From the human T2T-CHM13v2.0 reference genome, Homo sapiens, in NCBI RefSeq assembly GCF_009914755.1, contig NC_060932.1: DNA of 64,000 nt, one strand, 5' to 3'. The position numbers were made by a program, and so were the translations under genes. Of this stretch, positions 1 to 15,968 are shown piece by piece (the first letter of the stretch is position 1; every line of letters starts with the position of its first letter). The notes under the pieces were generated by a model. The model ran no database searches and was not told the DNA's origin. It saw nothing but the letters and a program-made list of their open reading frames with translations.

Positions 1-1225
1 CTGATGATCACAGATTAGAAGACATCACACAGAATGCTAGCATGACAACATTGAAAGTTCTGGGGAAATCTTTCCCAGTTTTACAGAAACTATACCCTGC
101 AGATTTATTTCCAAAATTAATTGCGTTTTCCATTCTATATTCCTTTCATGACATGCTTCTGAGAGCTCGATATCTCTTACATGATTTTTCCACATGAAGC
201 AAGAAAACATCATGTTTATTTACGTGTGCAGGGGGTGCGTGTATATAAAATTTTAGTCTTTATTATTACATCACAGTATGTGCGAAGGATCAATGTGAAC
301 AGCATTAGGCTTGAAAATTAAGATAATTTTACTATAAACATTTTTAACAGAGATATTTTTTAGCATATTTAACAAAATATATGCCTGCAAAATGTGTAGG
401 TATTTTATATGACTGACAGCTTCTCTGTAATTAAATGTGAGAAGCACGTTTTTTTTAAAAAAACTTTTTGTTATAATCAACTTTAAACAGCATGCAATCA
501 CAAATGAACATAATTTCCTTCCTTCCATTGCAATAATATTTATCCTTGTGTATTTTATGCAGTATCTCTAATCATTCACCTGCACTAAAGTATAGTTAAG
601 AGTTATTTAAAACTTTGCCTTAAAGGCTTACTGACTTCTAAATTTGAGGTTATTAAAAAATTCAGTTGCGATGTAACTATTTCTTTTTAGATTAGTAAGA
701 ATGTGCTAGTTTCCTGCCTAAAAACCACTTCTTCATGACAGTCCCTCATACTGCCAGTGTGAGATTTCAAAAGACTATTAAAATGAAAGAACAACTAGAA
801 TAAAACCACTCTACTAAATTATGACATTGAAGTACAGGCAAACGCAGCCTTAGGAGGAAGTAAGGCCCTTTAATCTGTAAGCTTCTCCTGACCTTTGCAC
901 ATAACTTCTAATGAGGTCAAGTGGAGCCCGGCGGGGGCTCCATTCCAGCCATTCTGTAAAGGGAGGACACACAGTGTTTTCCCTTTTAGTTGGCTTTCTG
1001 CATATTCTCTTAGAAGTCTCATAGTTCAAAGTGAGTTGACAATACTGAATCTAAAATGCATCATTATGTGCATCTACGTAGACGTAAATTAATTGAAAAA
1101 CCCTAGAATTTTAAAAAGGGAATAAAAAGAGCCACGTGTTCCTTTCTTGCCAGAAACCAGGCTTCTATCCAACTAAATTGCTCACCTCGCTGAAATAAGC
1201 AGGTGATTGGACGGATGATTTATAG

Positions 1226-1440
1226 CAGGGGAGTCCAATATTTTGGCTTCCCTGCGCCATGTTGAAAGAATTGTCTTGGGGCACGCATAAAATGCACTAA
1301 CACTAAAGATAACTGATAAGCTTAAAAAAATCACAGAACATCTCATAATGTTTTAAATATGTTTACGAATTTGTGTTGGGCCACAGTCAAAGCTGTGCTG
1401 GGCCGCATGTGGCCTGTGGGCCGCGGGTTGGACAAGATAG
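1226..1440 (+). mobile_element. MER30 (hAT-Charlie non-autonomous DNA transposon), near full length
   Basis: Starts CAGGGGAGTCCAATATTTTGGCTTCCCTG and ends GGCCGCGGGTTGGACAAG as in recalled MER30 consensus; degenerate 8-bp TSD ATTTATAG/TATTATAG. Confidence 0.85.
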
Positions 1441-1849
1441 TATTATAGCATTAGCTCTTGTTTCTTGAAGCTTTTCCTTTTCAGTGCCTTGAGGCTAGGT
1501 TGCCCATTCTCCAACCCCTAGGCCATGGAAGGTTCCCAATTTATTGAAATACTTACAGGAGAGGTGAAAATTATATCAGGACTCTTAGAAGTTAAGGGCA
1601 TTTCTAGTTGGAGCTGGGATTTTGTCAATCAACGCAGGACCTGGGTACCCCTGCCATCAATATTGAGATTCTGTCTTGTCCTGGCTTGGCTTCTCCTCAT
1701 CAGCCCTGTCTGTGATCTGACCACTGTGGCTGGATTTACCTCCATTATCACTTCAGAACCTTTCCAGCTTTCCACAGTATGACCACATTTAAAAATCAAG
1801 ATTAACTACAGAAAGGGTTGGTTTGGGGATCCTGCAACTTTTAATAATT

Positions 1850-2065
1850 ACAACTATGTGCTAGACACAATGCTAGGAACATCCACTTATATTATTGTAT
1901 TAAATCCTCAAGACAGTCCAGAAAGGTAGGTACAATTGCATTTTGTTACACATAAGGAAGCTGAAGATCAAAAGTGTTAAATAACTTTCATAAGGTGCTG
2001 GACTGATAAATGTTAGATCGAGGTTTATCCACAAAGTTATTTCAAAGTCCACATACACTGCTCTA
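1850..2065 (-). mobile_element. MIR SINE (old, diverged)
   Basis: actatgtgctagacac...taaatcctcaagac...aggaagctgaag resembles reverse MIR core; ends approximate. Confidence 0.6.
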
Positions 2066-2158
2066 AGCGAAGTGACATTACACCTTCTCAAACTCATTGT
2101 GTAAATAAATACAAATAAATCATATATAAAAATATATGTTAATATGTGCATATATCTA

Positions 2159-2467
<309 letters not shown>

Positions 2468-3959
2468 TTAAAAACTTTAAAATCATGATAGCCTCCTCTT
2501 CTATCAACGTATGTCTGTTAGTAATATATTATTTCAAAATAGATCAGTGATTTTTTTTTATTGTTTGACCAACTGGACCAAAAAAGATACCCCACCTAGC
2601 TCATTTTCAAAATTGTCTTATTAACAGAATGACCTCTGACTATGTGGAAGCAGCATGCTATCATACAGAGAGTTCTAGAATAAAACAGAGGTGCTCCAGC
2701 ACCATGGCTCACTGGCTGTGTCGTCAGGTTGTCACAGCACCTCTCCCACCCACCTCATTCCTGCCTCATGAAATGTCCCCACCAGTTCCCACGCTCCCAT
2801 TCTACCATTGTTTGTCTGCATTTTCCTTCATTGACATCTTATGGCATCAACTGGGACGCATTCAAAGGGGAATCTAACGACAGACCAAACCACTGAGTTA
2901 TCTTCAGGATGTCACATCCCTGAATGCCTTAGCATTATGTCTTATAATGGAAGAACATTCAATGGCAGTAATTATCTGCTTCTCCCTCTTTCCCAATGAA
3001 GGAAGACAAAAATTGACTTCTAGATCTAAATTTGTATCAAACAAAATTCCTCTTATCAAGGTAAAAGTGAAAATACATACAACTCTCTACTTTCTGTCAA
3101 CCTGGAGAAAGTCACTTAACCTTTCAGCACCTGTCTCACAGTGAAAGTGAACAGTTTAGGTCAAGAATGCTTTCAGCTCCAAAATTCTAAGTCCAATACG
3201 ATCACAGAAAAATAAAGTGGCTACATATACGGGTGCACACACACACAGAGGTTTGTCTGTGCCAAGAGAGCTCCACAGGAGTCTGCGCCAACAATTTTAC
3301 AGACTATACTATGTGCCCAGCACACCGATGTAAACATCCCACAGAATGCCTATTCTTTTGAAGAATAATTGTCAGGTTGGAAACCAAGCATCATTTAGAT
3401 GCCAGGTATGTACTGAGAGCAGGAGAGAAGGATGCACAGTATTCCTTTTCCACTGGGTTGCTCAAGGTACTGCAGAATTTTGCAGATGACTTCTGCATGC
3501 CCACTGCCACGATACTGATTCTTTCACACCCTCCTTCCCTCTTTGACAACGAACACAATCAGCTACATCACTGGCCATGATATCCTAATCCACTTGCCAG
3601 CAGGAAGTTGCTAGAGATCCATGATTGCCCCCCAGTGATTTGTGCACGTTGAATCTCAGAATGCCTCCATGTGGAAGGGTGTGAGGAGAAAGTCAGAGAG
3701 GAGAACGCTTGACATCCTGGGTTCACTTCTCCCTCATCCTCCTTAAATAAAGACAGAAAAGCAGGCTTTGGATGTGGCTCTCGGGGTGCAAGTGTTGAGG
3801 CGGAAGTGCAGGCAATTGGTGACTCAAAGATGCCATTGGGAATTTATAATCATTTTAAGAAATTACAGTAATTATATAACTATAATTATGTATTTGTATA
3901 ATTATAATTCTTTAAAAAACATTTTAAAAGAGAAATTTATATGTATATATACTCACGAG

Positions 3960-4200
3960 TAGGTGTATATATCTATAATATATAAATACTTTATATATTT
4001 ATAGCTATAAAATAGATATAAGTCTAAATATAAATATATCTATAAATATCTAGATATAAATATACATATAAAATATATATAATATATCTAGATATAAATA
4101 TATATAATTATATAAATATATTTATATCTATATATACATATATTTATAATATATATTTAATATATATTTATATATTATATTATATATAATATATATTATA
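3960..4200. repeat. AT-rich low-complexity (TA)n-like tract
   Basis: Almost purely A/T with interrupted TA runs. Confidence 0.85.
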
Positions 4201-4606
4201 TGTGTATGTGTGTTATAATACCTATAATACCTATAATTACTTGTGTATGTGTTATAATACCTATAATAACTTGTGTATGTGTGTGTTATAATACCTATAA
4301 TAACCTATAATAACTTGTGTATGTGTGTGTTATAATACCTATAATAACCTATAATAACTTGTGTATGTGTGTGTTACAATACCTATAATAACCTATAATA
4401 ACTTGTGTGTGTGTTATAATACCTATAATAACCTATAACTTGTGTATGTGTGTGTTATAATACCTATAATAACCTATAATAACTTGTGTATGTGTGTGTT
4501 ATAATACCTATAATAACCTATAATAACTTGTGTATGTGTGTGTTATAATACCTATAATAACCTATAATAACTTGTGTATGTGTGTGTTATAATACCTATA
4601 ATAACC
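4201..4606. repeat. 44-bp minisatellite, about 9-10 copies
   Basis: Unit TGTGTATGTGTGTGTTATAATACCTATAATAACCTATAATAACT; exact copies start at 4441, 4485, 4529; shorter variants at the left. Confidence 0.93.
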
Positions 4607-4705
4607 TTCGTGACATGTCAATAAACCCCATTTACAGATGAGGAAACTGAAGCATAGAATAGTTTACAAACCAAATGTCTTTCCCAAGGTCACACAGCTA
4701 GTACA
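4607..4705 (-). mobile_element. MIR core fragment
   Basis: ccccatttacagatgaggaaactgaagc...cccaaggtcacacagctagta is the MIR core. Confidence 0.8.
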
Positions 4706-5553
4706 GATTAATTACTGATGTGATATAAACTGTGAAGTACTCATAAAGGGAATAGCACTTTTAAAAAATATCCTAAATAACACTTACATGTACTTTAAAA
4801 TTAATAATTCACACTACTGTTCATAATTAATAATAAAACTGGAGTAACACAAGTTTAAATGTTCAAGAAAAAAGTGTCTTCTTAAGGACTTTTATTCTAA
4901 ATAGGTCACCGATTAATTGCAGCTGATATTTGTTATTACATTAGCATTTAGGACATTAGCTATATAATCATTTCTCATAATACATAAAAAAGGTGGGACA
5001 AGAAAGAATAATTGAGCATTTGTATCCATGTGAAGAAAAAAAATCTAAACCAAAAGAAATAATTTTACATGTTTTTATTAGCCTTTGGAATCTGGGATTT
5101 TTTTTAAAAAAAGCAGATATATAATAAATGGTAGTAACTAAGTTCAAGTCCTCACTATGCAAGAATAATAACTGTGCAAAATTAACCATCCCGTTGTAAC
5201 TGATGACCCTGTATAGACAGACAATGCTGCTGCTTTGCCTTTTAGAAAAAATCAAGGCAAAAGCAACTCACCATCCTTCTAGCACTTCCCAAATCTCACT
5301 TTATATTCACAGCTTGAAACTAAAGTCTTCTATTAGTATCTGAATAAGTATCTCTCATAACCTGAGATGCAATTAAGATTTCCCAGTGAATATGTAATAA
5401 TAGCTCATTTATTCAATATGTAGCTATAACTGAATGTGAATATACATGACCAAAACACTTAAATGTACAAAGGTAGGATTTCATTACTCTAGGGTAGTGT
5501 GGCACAGGATTCAAAAGATAGTCTTTCACATGGCATTTTCCCCAAAAGTATTA

Positions 5554-5877
<324 letters not shown>

Positions 5878-6802
5878 GAAAGTATACAAACTTGGCTTGC
5901 TAACTAGAAAAATTATTTTAATACATATACATTAAATGATATACGAATAATTGTATATAGAAACAAAAATCAAATATATATTTAATATGTATTAAATATA
6001 AATATATTAAATGTATAATAATATATATTAAATACACATGTATAATATACATACAATGTGTACTCACTATTTAATTTATATTTTAGTACCTATATTTTTC
6101 AAAGATTTTAAAGACGATTAACATAGAATCACATTTTTAAAAATTTAAATTATGACTTTTACATCTTTTCTCTGTTTTTAGCCGTTATTTGTGTTTGAGT
6201 TAATACCATCCTACTGAACATAGGACAGTTTTGTTTTTGCTTTGTCACCTTTTTTTTCGGATTTTATGTGGAAGTCAATAAGAAAATATGATATTTTCCA
6301 TGCTGAACATGATTAGCCATTGTATCCTGAGGGCCTAGTGCTTCATGAGTCCACTTGACACCGCAGCCGTGTTGGCATCTCCAAAGGCCTACTGAGAAAC
6401 ATGGGTGGGGAAGGAATGCCAGGACCTGGGCACACTCTCAGGTGCAAGACAAATAGGATGTTTTTATGATTTTATCAACATGACTGAAGTGGAGCATCAC
6501 ATGAAGGAACTATGGGAGATGGGATTGCAAACACAGCCTGAACCAGGTTGCAGGGAATGCCCTAAAACAGTTGAATTTTAAAGACTTTAAACAAAAACAC
6601 AGAAGGTATAGATGTTGTGAAGATTGACTTGTGACACAAATTCTAGAATTTCAATAGAAGAGAAGTATCTTTGAAAGTTCAAATAAATAATCACAGGAAA
6701 AATAAGTTGTAATAATACCATGCCTGATGGGGTACAGGAATTTATCTAATTTTGTTTTTGGTCTATTTGTCACTTACACAGTGCATGTTCTTATTACTAT
6801 TA

Positions 6803-7197
<395 letters not shown>

Positions 7198-7199
7198 TA

Positions 7200-7310
7200 A
7201 GCCCATGTTACAGATGAGAAAACTGAGGCACAATGACACTAATTAACATGCTCAAGATCACACAGGTGTGAGAGGGAAACTATGATTTGAACCCCAGGCA
7301 ATCTGTTATC
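7200..7310 (-). mobile_element. MIR core fragment
   Basis: cccatgttacagatgagaaaactgaggcac...atttgaaccccaggcaatctg. Confidence 0.8.
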
Positions 7311-8206
7311 AGAAGGTGCAATAATTATACTACATTTGTTAATACACAATATTGGTAATTATTCCTATTGGCAGATAGGAAATAATCCATGAGGGCTACT
7401 TGCTTATGACTTTAATAACCTTGTGATTCCAAGAGGATAGGAAAGTGTTGCTGCTGAGGGAAGCAACTTTCTGAATGGGATGGGTTACTATTTTACAAAA
7501 TGTTCTTTGAAGAAACATTGGTATACTTTTGGAGGCATGTCTTCTGACTTAATTCCGTTTTCAAATTAAATCAGAAGAATTCTTGCGGAAGCTTCTTATC
7601 TCCATTCCTATCTGCTCTCTAACACTACCCCTACCTTTCTGACCAAGATACCACCAAATAGCTCGCATATCACAAAATGTTTCCTTTTCCTTATTTCCAA
7701 AGCTGTGCAGGTGGCCTCCTAGTACACAAAAACAGATACAACATGATATTCAAATGAAAGAATGGATGTGTCAAAGAAACTGCGAGAGCGCTCCAGACCC
7801 TGGGGCAGTATCCCGTAGGACGTAATTTAATAAGACACTGACATTAAGTAAAGAGCAAGTGCTCAGAAAATCACAAGAGTTAAGTGACCAAAATTTCAAA
7901 AATTATTTGAGCTTGATTTAAAACATTCATTGAAAATCACCATTAGCAGAATTAAATGTTTCATTTTAAAAAAGTTTTTCAATAGTCTATTTAATACTAA
8001 TTTAAGATGAATGAATACAATGTTTCTTAATACAAATCACTTGCTGTTTTATAAAAAAGCTACTGAAATGTTAACTATAATTGAATTGTCACTTAGATTT
8101 TTGCAATTGAATGAAACTAATTAAAATGAAATTAACACAGAAGAAAGGAGTTAATTGATTTTTCAGTCAATTCTTCTGTACAAAGGCATCTACCTGTGAA
8201 ATTTCC

Positions 8207-8295
8207 TGTCTCAGTCCGCTTGGCCTGCTGTAACGAAGTACCACAGACAGAGTGGCCTCAACAACAGACAGACGTGGAGGCTAGGAAGCCCCAAA
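8207..8295 (-). mobile_element. MaLR (MLT1-type) LTR terminal fragment
   Basis: tgtctcagtccgcttggcctgctgtaacgaagtaccacagac...gtggcctcaacaacaga resembles the reverse 3' end of MLT1. Confidence 0.6.
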
Positions 8296-9021
8296 TCCAT
8301 AGCATTAACCAAAATGTCTGTATAAATTAATGCATATTCAATATTCGGCAAGGTCATTTTATTGGGGACATTAAATAACTATTTATTTAATTATTTTAAA
8401 AAGTAGGTGAAAATATATAACCTCTCAATCTGCCTATTCAATACAGTTAAATTGGATTCAAATTCTACAGCTGAAGCAACTTGTCCACCTAAATAACCTC
8501 GAGCCTATACAATGCCTCACATTTAACAGAGATGTTTCTTAACATAATGGCTGGAAGTAAAGGTGTATGGCTCTGGTTATTAAAATGTGGAAATTGTTGT
8601 GGGGCTTTTGAGGGCACTGTGAAATTGGGAAAACTATTAATATGCAGATCTCTATGTTTTAGAAGCTTTATTTTAAAAGCACAGAAATAGAAAACAGCTC
8701 AACTAAGAAACAGAAAGTCTACCTTTCTCCTTTAAACCAAGTTCATTGTGTTCTACGCAACAAATAAGTAAATCTTGCCCGTAATAGAAGTCTATATTAA
8801 TCAAAATATGCAATTCCATATTTACTCACAAAGAATATTTAAGAATTTCACAAAATGGTACTATTTTTAGCCCATTCATTATCCTATAAACCTTTATTTT
8901 TACAATTTAGTGCCGTTATTGGATTAGCTTTTAAGAAGCAACAGAAACTAACATTTTAGCTTAGAACATTGTTTCAATTTTTTAACCCAAAATTAAATAA
9001 CTACATAGAATTATATACAGC

Positions 9022-9249
9022 TTAGTGATATATATATATCACTAAACTCTCTCTCTCTATATATATATCTATAGATACATATATAGATACACTAAACTCT
9101 CTCCCTATATATAGATATACATATATCTATAGATATCTATATCTATAGATCTATCTATAGATATGTCTATCTATAGATATAGATATATATAGAGAGACAG
9201 AGAAAGAGAGTTTAGTGTTAAACTAGATATAAATTAAACTAGATATAAA
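9022..9249. repeat. Palindromic TA/GA/TC low-complexity cluster with nested inverted and direct repeats
   Basis: Perfect 24-bp palindrome 9022-9045; 14-bp inverted arms 9089-9102 and 9205-9218; 16-bp tandem duplicate 9218-9249. Confidence 0.85.
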
Positions 9250-9714
9250 TTAAATTAAAATACAGGCAAGATATTTTGTTTCACTATGCTGTCGGAAATA
9301 ACTTGTAATCCATTCAAAAACTGAGGATAAGGGTGTTGATATTTTTTCGTTTTTTATTTCGCCCAATGACTTTCTACTTTGTCAAGCAAATAGAGTTAAT
9401 ACAGTTAATCAATAAGAGGATATATATCTCACTTTCATTCATTTTTTAAAAAAATCTCTTACTAGATACGGATTTAAGGCTTATGCTGATGTATACATAC
9501 AGCCCTTTAACACCCTGAGAAAATTTTTTGTTCAAATAATTCTGAAATGATGTCATAGATGCAATATTAGGTTATGGAATTATAGCAAACATTTATCTCC
9601 ATCATATATACTCTCTAACTTTGCTCCTGATCTTTTGACCAAAATGTCACAAACCATCACAAAATATTCAGTTTTTGTTATTATTCAAAAGCTGTGCAGA
9701 TGGAATTCTAAATG

Positions 9715-10107
9715 TGCTAAGCCAATCACGACTGCCCTGGCCACAATGACTGCTCAGGAATAGGCATGGGACTCAATGTGGGCCAATGAGAGGAAACCCA
9801 GGACTTGTACATAAGCGATCTTGACATAGCTGTTTCCACAGAACTGCACGATGTGGGGCTACAGCACTGTATGTGATGATATGAGATCAGGAAGCCACCC
9901 AGTGCTTTACCCAGACTGGCAAAACTGAGAGATGCTGAGACCTCAGGTTCTTGTTGACGAGGTTGAACCCTTGATCAAACCTCACCTGAAGATGTCCCTA
10001 GGTATGGACTTTATATCACCTTACCAATAAACTTTCATTTTGACTTAAGCCAATGTGGGCAACTTTTTCTCTAACTTGCAAGTGAAAAAGAAGATCCTAA
10101 ACAATAC
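9715..10107 (+). mobile_element. Old MaLR LTR (MLT1J/K-like)
   Basis: ggccaatgagagg...ccaataaa...ttaagccaatgtggg...aacttgcaa...cctaaacaataca terminus. Confidence 0.6.
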
Positions 10108-10642
10108 ACGTGTAATGCACATGCCAACAGGTGCCAGAAGAGAGGGTTTGAGCATTGAGGTTGAATACCCAAGGAATATATGACACTATTTCTATCATCC
10201 TAAATGCATCATCAGGTTGAAAAAAACCCTAAAATGAATAAACACAAATAATAAAAAAGTTTCCATCTCTTTCATTTCAAAGTGACTTGATAGAGAGAGA
10301 AATAGTTCTCAGCTCAGATGCTCACTAGAAATTCCATTTAAGTCAGACACTTATTAGGGAGGTTAAAACGGCACACTTTTAACTCAGTCGACATCCTTAG
10401 GTGTCACCTGCAACCTTTGGTATGGATTTGCCTCTTTTTTGCCACAGGCAAATCATTTTTATTTCTATAATTTTAGAGAAAGGAACATGAAGCATGGATG
10501 AATCAAATTTTTGAGATGAAAAGAGAACCTTGTGAGGAAAGCAATTTTCCTCTTTTGGATACACAGAACTTAGGGATGAGGCAGACCACTGTAAAGGAGC
10601 CAGCAGTCTGAGGAGGGAGACAAAGAGATGAAGACAACTTGA

Positions 10643-11189
<547 letters not shown>

Positions 11190-11500
11190 TCACTTTGGAG
11201 AGAGCATTCTGGGAGCTGCGGCCCCTGGGGTTGGTGGGTTCTGGGGAGCCAGGGAAAGCATCAGGGGGACTGCGGGGTTCTGGAGTGAGGTGGGGCTAGG
11301 AGGGTGGGGAGGAGGAGCCTGAACTGAGAGCTCTGCAGCGGCCAGAATCCTCCAGAGCTAGGACATAAGCAGGTGTGGGGAATTAGAGAGAAATGAACAC
11401 AGCACCCGAATGCACCAGAGGGGCTGGAGGAAAAATCAGGAAACTGCAGGCAAAATGCAAAAGGCTAAATACAAAAAGGGCCTGTCCAAGGCCCTCCTGT

Positions 11501-11737
11501 CCAGTGCGGTGGTTAAAGGCTGAGTTGCAGGCTCCCTGGGTTCGAGTCTTCCTAGCTCTGTGTCCTTGGGCAAAGTTTGTAGAGTCTTTTTGTCTTAATA
11601 TTTCCACATGTAACAGGGAACTGTCCATCACAGCATTTACTTCATAGAATTGTCATGGGACTAAACACGTTATTACATGGAAGGAGCCTGAAGCAGTGCC
11701 TAGTCTACCACACACTGTTTAATAAATAGTACCTATT
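11501..11737 (+). mobile_element. MIR, near full length
   Basis: gtggttaaagg...ctgggttcgagtc...ctagctctgtgtccttgggcaa...cagtgcctag...aataaatagt. Confidence 0.75.
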
Positions 11738-13352
11738 CTTCCAACTCTAGTTACTGAGTTTTCATATTTTAGACCACAGAGTAAAAACCTGAATGACAAG
11801 AAAAACAGTGTAAAGATAATGACTCTGGATGAAATAGAATAACATTTAATGGGTCTTAATCATTATAATCAGTAGACTACTGACTGTTACATATCTAGAT
11901 GTCACCTTGATTTCATTGAGTTGGGGGTTTTGTCCAGATTTCAAACTATCTCAGTCAGGAGTCTTTAGACTCCAACCAATTCTGGGAACTCCTATGATCA
12001 CCTGCAAAATACCGTATTTTTTTTCTTGAGATAACAGTCAAAATTTGCCTTCCATTCTCAAATAAATATTATAACCACAAACAGTAAGAACCATTATTTT
12101 AGGAGAAAAGCAGATTGTAAAAATATATAGATACATGTTTTGGAAACAGACACAGATGATTTGATTCATGTTTATTTGTTTAATTTTTTAATAACGAAAT
12201 TCTGACTGTGTATCTCTGGTTCATTAAAATCCAGAAATATAGCTTTATCATTTGAGTTACATAATATCCCTAAGCAACCCCAAAAATCTGCCCCAAAGGC
12301 AGAATCAAAGAGATTCTGCACCATGGTAAAATAAAACAAGTTATGCTAAACAAGTTATGCTAAGTGAACATGTTTGTGTTTTATATGGACTGTTAAATTT
12401 TATCTTCAGACCTTCCCCACCTGCCTCCAGTTCGTTAACTGGTGAAATTAGTGTGGTTCGTATTCTGGACTCCCCATGGACTCAGAAGGCTTGGTATTAA
12501 GGAGAACCTTGGTTAATCTCTCATCTCCCTTTTTTCTTCACAATGACATTAGTCAGTTTTCTGTAACTTTAAAGAACAATTTGTAAGACCCAGAATATGC
12601 TGAGCAACATGGCTGGGTGGCAGGAACTAGACGTTGTCCATATAGCTAACTACGAGAGCTCTGGCTGTGTGGACAACACACCCTATTTAAGCTACAACGG
12701 CAGTTACGATTCTCCTTTGCTAAACTTCTTAGAGTGGCACAGTTCCCAGATTGCTAATAAACGTCACCCCACTGGATCAGCAAGCCAATTCCTGCATGTG
12801 AGCCTAGTACTTCATGGCAAAGTACCGAAATAAAAATTCCTGTTACTCTTCGGAATTATCTCTTGGATTCCTCCAGAACACACTGAAAAAGTGAATTCAG
12901 CATTCAGATGCCTCTCGTGCCCACTTAGCAGGAGTGTGCAACCATCATCCCATCAAAGGCTGCCACTGACAACAAAAACAAAATTGTCACCATCGTTATA
13001 CCAAGGGACACGTGCTGCTTTTAATCAATGCAATTGTCAGAGGTTGTGTTATTATAGCTTGGCTTCTATCTTCCAGTTTTTCTTTTGCTCCAGATTTTCT
13101 CTCTCTCCGTATATATATATTTTTTCCCTTCATAAATATGCTTGACACATGCTTTGGTTTCACTCTTGTTCAATCATAAAATTTCAGAGCTGAAAGGGAC
13201 TTACTTTATAGATGAGCTAATTCAAGCCCAGAGCAGTTAGGCAGCTCCCCTCTCCCCTGGTTGGCAGAGTGGAGCCCACACTTTCACCCTCTCCTTCCTT
13301 GCCAACAAACCCCCACCCGACCCCGACCACCCTAGGCTTCTTGCCTGGGCTA

Positions 13353-13643
<291 letters not shown>

Positions 13644-13816
13644 TTAAATAGCAAGAATAAAAAGTGCTATTACTAAAAAAAAAAAAAAAACCTACATATA
13701 TATTTTCCCCAAACACTTATAACTGTTACGTGCATTTTTTTTCTTGTACTATGAACTGTCTTATGACAAATGACATGGGATTTAGTATTTTTTTTTTTTT
13801 AAGAATTGACAGGTAA

Positions 13817-14133
13817 GAATGAGAATTACTAGAGGCTGGGAAGGGGGTGTATGGAGGGAAGGATAAAGTGATGTTGGTCAATGGATACAAGGATACAGTT
13901 AGAAGGAATATGTTCTAATACTTGATAGCAGAGTAAGGTGACTATAGTGAGTAATAATACAGTGTACATTTCAAAATAGCTCAAAGGCAAGATCGGAAAT
14001 GTTCCCAACACAAAGAAATAATAAATATTTGAGGTGATGGGATTCTTAAGTATCTTGATATGTTTGTCACACATTCTACTCATGTATCAAAATATCACAT
14101 GCACCCCATAAATGTGTACAATTATTATGTAAC
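13817..14133 (+). mobile_element. L1MA-type 3' end fragment
   Basis: actagaggctgggaaggg...gttggtcaatggatacaa...ttcccaacacaaagaaataataaatatttgaggtgatgg...ccccataaatgtgtacaattattatg. Confidence 0.85.
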
Positions 14134-15594
14134 TAGAAGACAAACAGACAAATAGCATATTAAAATGAGATAATTCACTTCAAAACTGTCAGCTTGAGAG
14201 TGTGGAATAATTTTACTGATATTTCTAATTGCTTAAATTGGTTACTGTATCCCTCCCAAAGGTGCTTTTTGATAACTAATGCATGAAGCATAACATAAAA
14301 GCAAAGGCACAGGGCTATGTTTCTGGAAATCTTATCAGAGCCAATTTTGCCTCTAGAATATACCTCAGTGAGGAACAGTGGAATTTTCCTCTGTTTATTT
14401 TCAATCTGTAAACCATGTGAGATTGAAAAGTAGTAGACAAGATTTTGTACTAAAATTACTATAAACCATTCAAGAAGGAAGTGCTAAATATAAATTAAAA
14501 AATAAATGTCTGATATTTTGCTGCATTTTGGGAGTAAGTATTCAAAATGTCAGCACTGATATCTCACTTCTGTGTTTGCCACATTCTTTACAGCCAACTC
14601 CTTCTGATCTCCGTAGTATGTACGTATAATTGAGCTCTGGCTGTCACCAGCCTCTTGGTCCATTATCAAGTCCATGGTTTTGACAGTGGGAAGTGAGAAA
14701 GTGTGGGTAAGTGCCTATTTGTTTGGTTTCCTCCTTCTTGCTGTTTCCCCAGTCTGTAATGCCCAGTTTTGTCAGATAGTATCAAACAGTCAGCCAGCCA
14801 ACTAGGAAAATATGCTTAGGTATTGGAATGGTAAGAAGAGTTTCAGAGAGAATCTTGAAAGGCCAACTAAAAGATGTGCATTATTGCAAAGAATTGGGAC
14901 AATGAAGATCACTCTTAGTTTACCGTGGGGAAGAAACGTTTAGAAAACTATGCTAATCTTTCTAAAAAAAATTACTTCTACTTTTTTCTAACACCATCTT
15001 TAGGGTTCCCCTAACTCGGAATTTTAGGTTCATTATTTTCACTGGACATATAAAATCCAACTGATCCTTTTCCCCTTAGTATTCCTCAAATCTGATCCTT
15101 CTTTTTTTTTTTTTAGTTTAGTTTTCATTATCTGCTGAGTTTGTCACTGAGATCTCATACCTGCACTTTTATAAAAACTTTTATGGAACTCTGTACCTAA
15201 ACACTTCCTTCATCTCACTTAGCTTACTGGTAAAGCTCTGAGGTGGATACTTTCTGAATTATCTTTGCGTTTAGATAAGCAATCTACTCTGGATCTGTAA
15301 AACATTCAAACTAACATTGATAACCTTGAGATATACTTATTAATTTGACTTATGCATAGTATGACTCAGAAAGAAAATAATATAGACAATGTCATTTAAT
15401 TGAACTCAACAAACATTAATTGACAACCTATCATACGTTTACTTTTTAGAACATATTAAAATAAAGATGTCACAATTCAGATAATATTATCACATACCTT
15501 GCTGTTATCATTCTACTTCTATCTAAGGATATACTGTGTGCACTCAATTCAAGCCATACATTTCCTGTCATTTCTTTAAAAATAGTTGAAAACT

Positions 15595-15968
<374 letters not shown>

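Noticed and set aside
12334-12361. 14-bp tandem duplicate AAACAAGTTATGCT x2
   Set aside because: Ordinary slippage duplication with no associated feature.
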